DNA of 64,000 nt. Source: Candidatus Latescibacterota bacterium (GTDB lineage Bacteria; Latescibacterota; UBA2968; UBA8231). Positions 47,157 to 56,803 of the stretch are shown here, one piece after another. Each line of letters opens with the position of its first letter. The stretch's first letter is position 1. The DNA lies in the NCBI GenBank assembly GCA_965203175.1, contig OZ241867.1, forward strand, positions 2,496,001 to 2,560,000, given 5' to 3'. Below the pieces are notes generated by a model. It was not told the origin of the DNA. It saw only the letters and a list, made by a program, of their open reading frames with translations, and did not search any database. Position numbers and translations under genes: made by a program.

Positions 47157-47322
47157 GGTGCCCTCCTGAGGATCTAGTCATAGTTGAAGCAAATAGGTCG
47201 AGATGCTCGTCGTTGTCAAGGTTTAAAGAGAAGCCACATGCCTGCCTTCCACCGGGAAAAGGACTCCAGCGCGTCAGGTACATCGGCAAAGGCCGCCAAG
47301 CACAGGACGCGGAAGCGGCGAC

Positions 47323-48771
47323 TCACGGCCCTTGATCCAGCTCGCCTAGCTTGGCCCGGGCGCGCTGGTGATCTGGGTCGAGGGCGAGCACCTTTTGCAG
47401 GGTTTGCCGCGCTTGTTCCCGCTGTCCTTGCTGCATGAGGATCAGCGCCAGCCCATAGTGCGATTCCGCGTGGTCTGGGTCGAGGGCAATGCTGCGGGCG
47501 AAATGGGCGCGGGCATCGCGGTAGTTGGTTTGGCGGACATAGGCTAGCCCGAGGACGTAGTGGGCGTCGCGGTGGTCGGGATTGCGGGCGAGGGCTTGGC
47601 GCAGCGCGGCAACGGCCCCGGCAAAGTCGCCGCTTTTGAAACGCGCGCGGCCCAAGCCATAGGCAGCGGCAAACGAGTCGGGATCGATCGCCAAGGCACG
47701 GGCAAAGTACTCGTCGGCTTCTTTGGGCATACCCTCGTGCAAGTACAGGTCGCCCAGCATGATATAGGCGTCGCGGTGGTCGGGATTGCGGGCGAGGACT
47801 TGCTCCAGCGCGGCGCGGGCGTCGGCGAAGCGCTTTTGCTGCGCGTACACAGTGGCGAGACGCAGGCGAATGTCCACGGAAGTAGAGTCGCTGGCGAGGG
47901 CGCGCTTTAGGGAGTCGATCGCCTTGTCCCACGCGCGTTGGCGGATGTAAATGTTGCCCTGATTGAGGTGGCGTTCGGCCGCGCTCAACTGCTGGAAGCG
48001 CCCCTGCGCGTTGCGGGCGTCAGCGGGGCGGTCGCCCTCGGCGTAGGCTTGGGCCAACAGGTAGTGGGGAGCGGGGTTGTGCGGGTCGGCGTCTGCGGCG
48101 CGCTCGAGCACGGGAATGGCCGCTGTGGGTTCCCCGAGGCGGATGAGCAGGCCGCCCAAGCCTATGCCACCTTGAACGTGGTCGGGATCGCGGGCGAGTA
48201 GGTCGGCAAAACCGGTACGCGCTTGGGACAATTGCTGGTTGCGCACGAGCAGGTCGCTGTGGTAATAGCGGGCCTCAAGGTGGTCGGGCACGAGTTCGAT
48301 GGTGCGTTTGAACGCTGTGAGTGCGCCCGCAAAATCGCCGGTGGCGCGGCGCATCTCGCCTAGGTAGAAGTGGTATTTGGCGCGTTCGGGCGCGAGGGCG
48401 ATGGCTTGCTCCAGATGAGCTGCGGCCTCTAGGTAGCGGTGCTGGTCGCGCAGCACCGCGGCGAGGGCAAAGTGAGCGTGGGGCTGATCGGGCGTCAGGG
48501 CCAAGGCGCGTTCAAAGGCTGCGATGGCGAGCGCGGGCTGGTCGCGCCGAGCGTGAGCTAGGCCCTTTTGAAAATGGGCGGTGCTCGACGTGGAATCGAG
48601 TGCCACGGCCTGTGTGAGCTCTGCTAGGGCGCGGGCGGGCCGGTCCTGTTGCAAAAAAAGCGTGCCGCGCTGGAGCAAGCGGCGGGCTTCCTCGGGTCGC
48701 GCCGCGTCCTGCGGGTCGGGTTGGTCGGCGCAGGCGAGTGCGCCCAAAATCAGCAACAGGCGCGCGGTCAT
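47323..48771 (-). CDS. Tetratricopeptide-repeat lipoprotein
   Basis: Lipobox ALAC; tandem ~34-aa TPR units (A...LG......G....A...F..A....P). Confidence 0.9.
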   Translation of the reverse strand: MTARLLLILGALACADQPDPQDAARPEEARRLLQRGTLFLQQDRPARALAELTQAVALDSTSSTAHFQKGLAHARRDQPALAIAAFERALALTPDQPHAHFALAAVLRDQHRYLEAAAHLEQAIALAPERAKYHFYLGEMRRATGDFAGALTAFKRTIELVPDHLEARYYHSDLLVRNQQLSQARTGFADLLARDPDHVQGGIGLGGLLIRLGEPTAAIPVLERAADADPHNPAPHYLLAQAYAEGDRPADARNAQGRFQQLSAAERHLNQGNIYIRQRAWDKAIDSLKRALASDSTSVDIRLRLATVYAQQKRFADARAALEQVLARNPDHRDAYIMLGDLYLHEGMPKEADEYFARALAIDPDSFAAAYGLGRARFKSGDFAGAVAALRQALARNPDHRDAHYVLGLAYVRQTNYRDARAHFARSIALDPDHAESHYGLALILMQQGQREQARQTLQKVLALDPDHQRARAKLGELDQGP

Positions 48772-48774
48772 CGC

Positions 48775-50418
48775 TCAGGTGCCTTGGACCAGCGAATCCG
48801 GCAGGGCGGCCTTGAGGGCGCGCTCGTCGATCTCGACTCGGCTCTGATAGCGCTGGCGCAGGTCTTTGACGAAGCTGGTGAAGGCCGCGTTTTCCCGTTC
48901 GCGGCGCAACAGAGCGCGGGCGCGGCGCTGGACCTGCTCGTACGGTTCGACCCTGCCGGGGTTGCGTCCTTGGACGCGGAAAATAGAGTACCCGTCGCGC
49001 ACTCGGATTGGCCCGACGAGCTGACCGGGTTCCGCCGCATAGATGGCCGGGACTAGGCGCGGATAGAGCTTCTCGTCGCGCGGATGGAAGTGGAAGCGCG
49101 CTTGCGACTGGACCGCTTGGGCGCGCACGCTGCGGTCGGCGAGATCGGCAAAACTCGCGCCAGCAGCAAGTTGATCGCTGAGCCGCTGGGCCTCGGTCGG
49201 GCTGGATGCGAGCAGTTCTTCGACCTCGACGGATTCTTCGTGATAAAACATGTCGGGATGACTGTCGTAGTACTCCCACACCTCGGCGTCGGAGAGCATT
49301 TCGACGGCTGCGAAGCGGTTGCGCACGGCGTTGAGTAGCGCGTCTTGGTAGGCCCTCTTGGCTAGTCGTTGGACGTCTGGGTCGTCGTACAGGTCCTGTT
49401 CGCGGGCGGCGCGGCGCTGGAGGAGGGGGCGCAGCACTAGCCTGTCTAGCGTGGTGCGTGCGCGCGTGCTGTCTTTGAGGCTGCGCTGGGCATTGAGCCG
49501 CCGCAATGCCTTATAAGCCGCGGCGACTGTGGCCTGGCCCTCGGCAAAGGTGTAGAGCGGCGCGGTGCACGTGTCGAGCAGCGCGCCGTCTTCCCGCTGG
49601 GCCGCGCTGAGCATGAGTTGCAGCCCGTCGCGGTCGAGGGCCGCCCCAGCGGACGCACGAAGCGACTCAAAGTGCTCGGCCTCAACTTGGGCTAAGCGCT
49701 CCCTGAACAACTGCTCCTCGACGAGGGGCCGGTAGCGCTCGTAGGGCGTGTCGCGGTCTTCGGTGAAGCGGACGATGTGCCAACTAAGGCCAGCGCGCAA
49801 AGGAGCGGATATTTCCCCCAAGGGCAGCGTATTGAAGACCTCGGCCGGAATGTGCAAACTGGGCGCGGCCTCGCGGCCAATAAAGCCCAACTCGCCACCC
49901 TGTTCGGCCGAGCGCTTGTCGAGCGAGTGGGCGCGGGCCACTTCGGCAAAGGGCTGGCCGGCGTCGAGGGCCGCCACAGCCGCTTCGATTTCAGCGCGGG
50001 TGTGAACCAAGATCGCGTTGAGCTTGCGCTCGCGGTGGTAGCCTTCCTCGGCAAAGACGCGCCGCACCTCCTCTTCGGGCACTTGCACCTGAGCGGTTAT
50101 GTTGCGCGCCCGATAGAGGGCGACAACCCGCGCATCCACGGACTCATCCACAGCGCGTCTTACCGAGCGCAGCGTGTCTAGTCCGTGGGCGATGGCCTCT
50201 TTGAGGATTAGTTGGCGGTCGATGAGCGATTGCACGTATTGCCGCCGCGCCGCATCGCCGCCTTCGGGGTTGCGCAAGCCTGGGGGCAGCTTTTCGACAA
50301 AGGACCGCAGGCTCTCTCCTGAGATGGGCACTTCATCGACTCGCGCTATGGGCGCGTTCGTTTCTTGAGAACAGGCCGCGAGGGCGATAGTGATAGCGAG
50401 TATGTATAGAGGAGGCAT
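48775..50418 (-). CDS. PpiC/parvulin peptidyl-prolyl isomerase lipoprotein (SurA/PrsA-like, two PPIase domains)
   Basis: Lipobox LAAC; FAEVARAHSLD..SAEQGGELGF, GEISAP..WHIV; second domain GASFADLA..GQLVGP..GYSIF. Confidence 0.88.
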   Translation of the reverse strand: MPPLYILAITIALAACSQETNAPIARVDEVPISGESLRSFVEKLPPGLRNPEGGDAARRQYVQSLIDRQLILKEAIAHGLDTLRSVRRAVDESVDARVVALYRARNITAQVQVPEEEVRRVFAEEGYHRERKLNAILVHTRAEIEAAVAALDAGQPFAEVARAHSLDKRSAEQGGELGFIGREAAPSLHIPAEVFNTLPLGEISAPLRAGLSWHIVRFTEDRDTPYERYRPLVEEQLFRERLAQVEAEHFESLRASAGAALDRDGLQLMLSAAQREDGALLDTCTAPLYTFAEGQATVAAAYKALRRLNAQRSLKDSTRARTTLDRLVLRPLLQRRAAREQDLYDDPDVQRLAKRAYQDALLNAVRNRFAAVEMLSDAEVWEYYDSHPDMFYHEESVEVEELLASSPTEAQRLSDQLAAGASFADLADRSVRAQAVQSQARFHFHPRDEKLYPRLVPAIYAAEPGQLVGPIRVRDGYSIFRVQGRNPGRVEPYEQVQRRARALLRRERENAAFTSFVKDLRQRYQSRVEIDERALKAALPDSLVQGT

Positions 50419-50433
50419 AGATATTTTTTCCTT

Positions 50434-52383
50434 CTAATATACAGGTGTTCGATTGCCGACCATGCCGGTAAAGCCATCCACCACCAGCCACAGGCCGGCG
50501 GCAACGAACTGGCCGAGCACGACCCCGACGAAAAAGGGGCGGGTGAGAAGGTACGTGCGGGGACCGCCGTATTTGAGGACGGTGATCTTGATGAGCCAAG
50601 CTAAGAAGATCGAAAACCAGATGCTGTTCATTACCCAACCGGTGCTCACGGCAAAGCCGAGCGGGTGAAAGGGCCACCACACGAAGAAGTGGCGGGCGGT
50701 CATCAAGCCGCCCATGATCAGAGCGCCAAAGCCCGTCCACAGCCACCCGACGAGGCTCGGCCCCGTGGGGTTGGCGAGCTTTTTCGCGGCAAAGTCCGAG
50801 GGATATCTGGCAAAGCCCGTGAAGTACTGAGGATGCAGATTGAGCGCGCCGTCGCGGTACGCTAGGTAGAGCATAAACCAGCAGGAGACCACGAGGCTGA
50901 TGAGCATGGCCGCGACAATCGCCCAAAAGAGCGGGCGGCGGGTACCCTTGATCACACTGCCCAAGCGCAGGCTGTTGGCTAGGGGCGCGGTCATAAAGAC
51001 CAACAGGTCCCCCGTCCAGACAAAGGAGTAGCCTGTGGCGACCATGCCCGGCGCACCGAGGGCGGGAACTCCAACGCCGGAAACGACAAAGCCGGCTGGG
51101 ACCATCTCTGGGGTTACGGTGGGCATGCCCGCTTCGGCGATGACGCGCGCTAGGCCGATGAATATGACCAGCGATGAGAACAGGAAAAAGGGCACGATCC
51201 AAGCCGGAATCCCGCTCTTCCACAGCCAGAAGCCCATCGTGCTGGCACCGCCGACGAAGAGCCAAAACGCGGCCCGATAGGAAAGGATCTCCGCAGAGTC
51301 GTCGATTCGGTCGTCGCCCCACAGGGCCTTGCGCAGGACGTTTTTGAGGTGGGGCCGCGCCGTCCACAGCCCATAGAACACCAAGACGATGAGCGCGCCC
51401 ATCATCTGATGCCCCATGATCGCGCCCACCGGCCCAGACCCAGTCCAAGGCCCCAACTCCTCAGGGCTGAAGATGCCGATGTAGCGGAAGATGCTTTCTT
51501 GTATTACGTGCAGCAGGTAGAAAAACCACAGGCTGAAGGCGATATTGGAGTTGATAAAGTACGCAAAGCCGAACATCAGAAAGTTGATGCGGATGTTGAG
51601 CGAGGCCGTGCGGTTGAATAGTTCGACGCTGGTCTGGAGGGCGAGGGAAGGGACGAAGTTGAAGTAGTGGTGCAGAGCGTTGGTGCTGTTGAACAAGAAG
51701 GGCAGTAGCAAACCGCACCACATGATGGGGTTGCGAAAAAAGGGTTTGAGGCTTTTTCGCTCGCCCTCGTCGTCTTGGATCATGGCGAGGGGGACTTGGG
51801 CCAGCGGAAAAACGAGGCGCTCGTTGTCAACCCACTGGCGGCGCAAGATGGATATGGCCGCGATAATGGTTGCGTAGAGCGCCGCGTAGAATGCAAACCA
51901 GCGTCCGAGCGGCTTGAGCCAGACGTCATAGGGGATGGCCGAGCCTTTGGTGCCCTCGTAAAATGCTTTTACCGCGACCGGGTCGTACACCACCATCCAA
52001 TCGGAGAGAAACGGGTGGACTAAGTCGGCCCATTGGTTTTCGGGAGTGGCGTAGTAGAAGGTGCCGGTGATCATGGGCAGCAGCATGCCCACTACGCCGC
52101 GCGTGGGGATGGCCGTGGCGACGGCCATCATGGCGAAGATGACGACCAACTCGCCGCGCCGAAAACCCCAGCGTCCCAAGGCGACTTGGACAGTCAGCAG
52201 CAGGACGAACAGCAAAAAGAACGCCGCTGGCGTGGCCGAGCTCAGCCCGAGACGCGAGCCTTGGATGACCATGCTGCCATAGGGAATGCCGATGGCAATG
52301 CCCAAGCTCAGCGCGGCACCGATGAGGATGCTCCGGCCCGTAATGGCGGCCGATGCATTGTCAGAAGAGTCGATTTCAGCCAT
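50434..52383 (-). CDS. DUF6785/DUF6784-type polytopic membrane protein (putative transporter)
   Basis: Many TM segments; YYATPENQW, LRRQWVDNERLVFPL, WWPFHPLGF, KYGG...PFFVG. Confidence 0.75.
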   Translation of the reverse strand: MAEIDSSDNASAAITGRSILIGAALSLGIAIGIPYGSMVIQGSRLGLSSATPAAFFLLFVLLLTVQVALGRWGFRRGELVVIFAMMAVATAIPTRGVVGMLLPMITGTFYYATPENQWADLVHPFLSDWMVVYDPVAVKAFYEGTKGSAIPYDVWLKPLGRWFAFYAALYATIIAAISILRRQWVDNERLVFPLAQVPLAMIQDDEGERKSLKPFFRNPIMWCGLLLPFLFNSTNALHHYFNFVPSLALQTSVELFNRTASLNIRINFLMFGFAYFINSNIAFSLWFFYLLHVIQESIFRYIGIFSPEELGPWTGSGPVGAIMGHQMMGALIVLVFYGLWTARPHLKNVLRKALWGDDRIDDSAEILSYRAAFWLFVGGASTMGFWLWKSGIPAWIVPFFLFSSLVIFIGLARVIAEAGMPTVTPEMVPAGFVVSGVGVPALGAPGMVATGYSFVWTGDLLVFMTAPLANSLRLGSVIKGTRRPLFWAIVAAMLISLVVSCWFMLYLAYRDGALNLHPQYFTGFARYPSDFAAKKLANPTGPSLVGWLWTGFGALIMGGLMTARHFFVWWPFHPLGFAVSTGWVMNSIWFSIFLAWLIKITVLKYGGPRTYLLTRPFFVGVVLGQFVAAGLWLVVDGFTGMVGNRTPVY

Positions 52384-52398
52384 GTTTTTTAGGTGTTG

Positions 52399-53937
52399 AT
52401 GGACGCGCAAAACAAAGTAAAAACAACAAATAAGGCAAAAGGCCGGATCGTTGCTCTACTAGTTGGTCTGTCGCTCGTTGCGCTCTTTGAGGCGGGCTTG
52501 TGGCTGGTGGGCATCGGGCCGGACGACACCCTTTTTGTGGCCAGCGACTCGTCCTACCGCATCAATCCGCAGGCTGCGCGGCGCTTCTTCCCCCGTCAGT
52601 ACGTGCGCTTGGCCCCTGGGCAGGATCGCTTTGCTCGCGACAAAGACGCGAGCGCATTTCGCGTGTTCGCGCTGGGAGCTTCGACTCTGCTCGGCTTTCC
52701 CAACCCCGCCTATACTTCGTTTCCAAACTTCTTGCAACAGATGCTCGCCGATGCGTATCCAGCGCGCGAGATCGAGGTCGTCAATTGTGGCGTCACGGCC
52801 ATCAATTCCTTCGTCGTGCGCGAATTTGTCGAGGAGGTGGTCGAGTACGAGCCGGATCTGGTCCTGATATACGCTGGTCACAACGAGTTCGTGGGACCGT
52901 ACGGGGCCGCGACTCCGTTTGTGCGCCTGAGTGGCAACTGGTACTTCATCCAGTTGCAGATGTTCCTGCAGCGGACTAAGACCTACTACTTGCTCGACAG
53001 TCTGCTGCACTACGTCGTGGCTGCACTGCGTCCCGCTGCACCTGCCGAGTCCTTTGGCGTGCACTTGGTGCAGCGCGAGATTTACTTGGAGGACGAGGCG
53101 CACCGGCAGACCGAGGCCCATTACCAGCGCAATATGACCGAGATAGTCGAGATGCTGCGCGAGCGCGAGGTGCCGGTCGCGCTCTGTACGCTGGTTTCCA
53201 ATTTGGCTGGATTTTATCCCTTGCGCTCGCAGGGATCGGTCCCACCGGACGCTACATCTGCGGATTATCCACAGCACGCGGGCCTGCACTTTGACGCGGG
53301 CTTGGCGCATCAAGCGGCTGGAGATTCAGCGCAGGCGCTCGCCGCGTTTGTGCACGCCCGCGATTTAGACGGCATTCACCTGCGGGCCTGCTCGCCTTTC
53401 AACCGCGCCATCCGCACCTTGGCCGCTGAGTCGGGTGCGATCTTGATCGATGTGGAGCAGACGTTTGCCGCCCATGCGCCGGCTGGTTTGGTCGGCGACG
53501 AGCTGATCACCGAGTATTTGCATCCCACGGTGTGGGGCCACTACCTGATCGCGCAGACTATAATGACGACCCTATTTGCGCGGGAGGATGCGCTGGGTTT
53601 GGCGGAGGGTCGTGCGGATGCCTTGGACGATTTTGCCGGATATTGCCGCCGTTTGGGCTACGGAGTCCGCGAGCGCGTGCTAGCGCGCAACGACCTAATC
53701 CTGCTGCTGAAGAACATGCCGTACGCCGAGCGGCCACCGATCTTAGAGCGGCGGCTCGCGCATTTAGTCGGCGAGCAGCTAGCCGACCTGCCCAAGCTGA
53801 GCTACGCGCAGATTGCGGATTTTGCCCATCGCGGCGGCGTGGCCTTCTTGGCGGCTGTCATCGCCGACCTCGCCGACCCACAGCCGCTGGCTGATGCGCT
53901 AGATGAGTTGGTTGGGCCGTTGGGGTTAGCCCCCTAG
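52399..53937 (+). CDS. Membrane-anchored SGNH/GDSL hydrolase-like protein
   Basis: N-terminal TM, RVFALGAST, EVVNCG, IYAGHNEF, EYLHP. Confidence 0.78.
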   Translation: MDAQNKVKTTNKAKGRIVALLVGLSLVALFEAGLWLVGIGPDDTLFVASDSSYRINPQAARRFFPRQYVRLAPGQDRFARDKDASAFRVFALGASTLLGFPNPAYTSFPNFLQQMLADAYPAREIEVVNCGVTAINSFVVREFVEEVVEYEPDLVLIYAGHNEFVGPYGAATPFVRLSGNWYFIQLQMFLQRTKTYYLLDSLLHYVVAALRPAAPAESFGVHLVQREIYLEDEAHRQTEAHYQRNMTEIVEMLREREVPVALCTLVSNLAGFYPLRSQGSVPPDATSADYPQHAGLHFDAGLAHQAAGDSAQALAAFVHARDLDGIHLRACSPFNRAIRTLAAESGAILIDVEQTFAAHAPAGLVGDELITEYLHPTVWGHYLIAQTIMTTLFAREDALGLAEGRADALDDFAGYCRRLGYGVRERVLARNDLILLLKNMPYAERPPILERRLAHLVGEQLADLPKLSYAQIADFAHRGGVAFLAAVIADLADPQPLADALDELVGPLGLAP

Positions 53938-54944
53938 TCGAGCAGGGCTTCTCCGTAGGCGAATAGCAGCGGCGTTCCGCCGGTGTGGACGAAGACGATG
54001 TTTTCGCTGTCGCGGAAACGCCCTTGGCGCACCTGATCGATTAGGCAGGCCAATCCCTTGCCCGAGTAGGTTGGATCGACGAGGATGCCCTCGCTTTGGG
54101 CGAGGAGGCGGATGCTGTCGAGCGTGGCGCGGTCCAAATGGCCGAAGCCCGGGCCGACGTACTCATCGGTCACGGCGATGCGCTCTGGGGCGGGCGCGCA
54201 TTCGAGGCCGAGGTGGGCCGCGGCTTCCGCAGCGGATTGCGCAAGGCGCTCAGACACTCCTTCGCGCTGGCCCATCTTGCTCTGGGGCGTGCCGAGGAAG
54301 CGGGCCGAGTGCCCCAAGAGGGCAAAGCCGGCTACCAACCCGGCCAAGCTGGTCCCTCCCGACCCGATTACCACGTCGTCGGCTTGGATGCCTGCGGCGC
54401 TCAGTTGGGTTTCGATTTCCAAGGCACATTGGATATAGGCAACGCGCGACAACAGGCCGGACAGGCCACTGAAAGGTTTGTACCCCTCTTCTTTGAGTCG
54501 CTCCACTTCCTCAGCTATGGTTGCGCCGACGCCCTCGGGCGGAGCAAAGCGGATGCGCGCCCCGCATAGCTGGTCTAAAAGGTGGTTGCCTTGGACTGGC
54601 GACTTGCGCCCCATGATGGAATCGTTCTCGCGCAGGACGACGACGCCTTTGAGGCCGAGCTGGGCGCAGGCCGCGGCGAATTGGCGGCAGTGATTGGACT
54701 GAACGACTGCGCTCATTACGGCCGCGTCGCAGCCTTGAGCCGTGCCCTCGGCGAGCGTGAATTCGAGGTAGCGGGATTTGTTGCCGCCAAAGGCGAGGCC
54801 GGTCAGATCGTCGCGCTTGATCCATATCTGCGGCCCTTCGAGCGCGGCCGATAGCCGCGGACAGTGCTGTAAGGGCGTTGGCAAATGCGTCAGGCGGTGG
54901 CGGGGCAGCGCGTCAATGGCGCGTTGGATCGCTTGGATGTCCAT
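53934..54944 (-). CDS. D-cysteine desulfhydrase / ACC deaminase family PLP enzyme
   Basis: LPTPL, IWIKRDD, GGNKSR, QSNH, EGILVDPTYSGK, VHTGG. Confidence 0.92.
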   Translation of the reverse strand: MDIQAIQRAIDALPRHRLTHLPTPLQHCPRLSAALEGPQIWIKRDDLTGLAFGGNKSRYLEFTLAEGTAQGCDAAVMSAVVQSNHCRQFAAACAQLGLKGVVVLRENDSIMGRKSPVQGNHLLDQLCGARIRFAPPEGVGATIAEEVERLKEEGYKPFSGLSGLLSRVAYIQCALEIETQLSAAGIQADDVVIGSGGTSLAGLVAGFALLGHSARFLGTPQSKMGQREGVSERLAQSAAEAAAHLGLECAPAPERIAVTDEYVGPGFGHLDRATLDSIRLLAQSEGILVDPTYSGKGLACLIDQVRQGRFRDSENIVFVHTGGTPLLFAYGEALLD

Positions 54945-54959
54945 GTTGTTAGCTCCTTG

Positions 54960-55001
54960 GAATTAGGAATTAGGGATTAGGAATTGCGGATTGTGGATAT
55001 G
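54960..55001. repeat. Intergenic heptamer tandem array (GAATTAG-like, 6 units)
   Basis: GAATTAG GAATTAG GGATTAG GAATTGC GGATTGT GGATATG. Confidence 0.85.
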
Positions 55002-55004
55002 TTC

Positions 55005-56177
55005 CTATTTCCACAGTTCTCGGCGGGAGCCAATCCATTCGAGATGGGCGCGGCGGATGAGGCCGTAGTTGTAGAAGGCGTAGCCATTGACGCCCGCTTG
55101 GTGCAGCGCGGTCAGGTGCGTGCCGAGTGCGTCGCTATCGGCGAATCCCCCAGGGTTGACTATGGCGCTTAGGTCGGTGTCGGCTGGGAATTCGCCGCGC
55201 AGGGTGCGGACGCTAGCGGCTAGGGCGTCTGGCTCGCCGCCCACGCCGGCGTTGACCATGTACACGTTGCGGAGGACGCGATCTGAGTCAAGCCCATTGA
55301 CGGTTCGGTCGCGGCCACCGAAGAACGAGGCGCGCGCGCCGGCTTGGTTGGCGATGGCAATGGCTTCCTCCACTAGCGAAGTTGCCGCTTCGACGCGGGC
55401 ATTGAGGAAAGTCTGCAAGCGGCCGGAAAAGGCGGTGGCGAGGAATTCGGCGCTGGGAGGCTGCATGTCTTCTGGGGTAGGCTCGGAGGAGAGTTCGCGT
55501 GCGAGGTATTCGGCGACATCTGCGCGGAAGCCCTCTCCGTCTAAGCCGAGGGCACCGGCCCGTTGCAAGCAGTGCTGGCAGTAGCACAATCCCATCAGCA
55601 GTTCGCAGAAGGGCGTGATCTTTACGCCGACTTTGGGATTGCGGAAGCCGTAGCTGAAGTGCAGGTAGCCCAGTGATTCAAGGTGGAATTCGTCGGGCTG
55701 GAACTGCGCGGCTATATCGCGGCAGAGTGCGCGCGCGTAATCGCGCACCAAGGGGCTGGCTGGGCATAGCTGGGCGAAGTTGATGTGTCCAAAGGGATCG
55801 TGCTTGGCCGCGTCTGGATAGCGCTGGGGCAGGTAGTGGTTGTAGTTGAAGACCAGCCAACTCGTCAGGTCGAGGCCGCGCGCTCTGATTTTGTCCGCGA
55901 TCCGGCGCATGTAATCCGGGCCATCGACGACTTTGCTGATCAGGGGCTCGATGTGGCTCTCTTCGTAAAAGGCGGCGGACGGTTGGAAGTAGAGCGCGCC
56001 TTCTTCTCCCCAGTAGAGGGGCCGCCGGGGATTGTGCGGCAGGAAGTACGTCGATACGTGGTAGCTTTGGGCTAGGCTGACGCTGTTGAGGCCGGCTGTG
56101 TGGGCGATGGTGTCTAAGGCCGAGTCAATGCCTTCGTCGGTCAAGTCCCAGGGGTATGTGTATATGGTCGCTCGCAT
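55005..56177 (-). CDS. Glycoside-hydrolase-like TIM-barrel protein
   Basis: YTYPWD, SYH, LCPASPLVRDY, HLES, CYCQHC, FYNYG; start at MRATIY; family assignment tentative. Confidence 0.65.
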   Translation of the reverse strand: MRATIYTYPWDLTDEGIDSALDTIAHTAGLNSVSLAQSYHVSTYFLPHNPRRPLYWGEEGALYFQPSAAFYEESHIEPLISKVVDGPDYMRRIADKIRARGLDLTSWLVFNYNHYLPQRYPDAAKHDPFGHINFAQLCPASPLVRDYARALCRDIAAQFQPDEFHLESLGYLHFSYGFRNPKVGVKITPFCELLMGLCYCQHCLQRAGALGLDGEGFRADVAEYLARELSSEPTPEDMQPPSAEFLATAFSGRLQTFLNARVEAATSLVEEAIAIANQAGARASFFGGRDRTVNGLDSDRVLRNVYMVNAGVGGEPDALAASVRTLRGEFPADTDLSAIVNPGGFADSDALGTHLTALHQAGVNGYAFYNYGLIRRAHLEWIGSRRELWK

Positions 56178-56230
56178 GGGGTTGTTTCCTTGTTTTGTAA
56201 TCGTCTTTCCCGAGGAACTCATCATTCTTC

Positions 56231-56803
56231 TCATGTGGTGCGGATAGCGGCTTCGAGACGCTGGGCAAGGTTATCGAAATCATCGGGACATTTCTGCCGA
56301 ATCGCGTCGATCCGTCGGGACGCTTCTTCTCCCAGATGCTTTCGACCACCGCCTAACGCGTCCGATAGTCCGCGTTGGGAGGCGAGCGGTTCGAAGTAAA
56401 TTTCCTTGACTTGTACTTCCGCTCGAACGGTCCTCCAATCCCAATTTCCGGGCAAATCTAAGCCCGCGAGGAGCCAAGTTTCAATCTCTTCCCAAGCGTT
56501 CTCAGCCAAGAATACCCGAACATCCCCAAACTCCGCTTCGATCTGGTCGAGTCTCTGACGTCGCCCTTTCTCGCCGTCCCGGTCTATGCACAGGATGAAG
56601 ATATCCGTCATGCCTCCGTGTTTTCCGATGACTTCTGCAATGCGCTCTGATTTTAGCGCTTCCCCGATGCCGCCAAGCAGCGGATCACGGCAAACGTCAA
56701 CATGTACACGCCGCTTAACAATGGATTGAAAGAGCCGTGAGAAAAGGGGTTTTAGAATGTACTGGTCGTTGCGGAAGTCTTCGGGAATGATGAGAACATT
56801 CAT
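56231..56803 (-). CDS. TOPRIM-like (DUF4276/RloB-like) protein paired with an AAA ATPase
   Basis: LIIPED..D, ILCIDRDG (DxD), EEIETWLL; ATGA overlap with the ATPase. Confidence 0.7.
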   Translation of the reverse strand: MNVLIIPEDFRNDQYILKPLFSRLFQSIVKRRVHVDVCRDPLLGGIGEALKSERIAEVIGKHGGMTDIFILCIDRDGEKGRRQRLDQIEAEFGDVRVFLAENAWEEIETWLLAGLDLPGNWDWRTVRAEVQVKEIYFEPLASQRGLSDALGGGRKHLGEEASRRIDAIRQKCPDDFDNLAQRLEAAIRTT

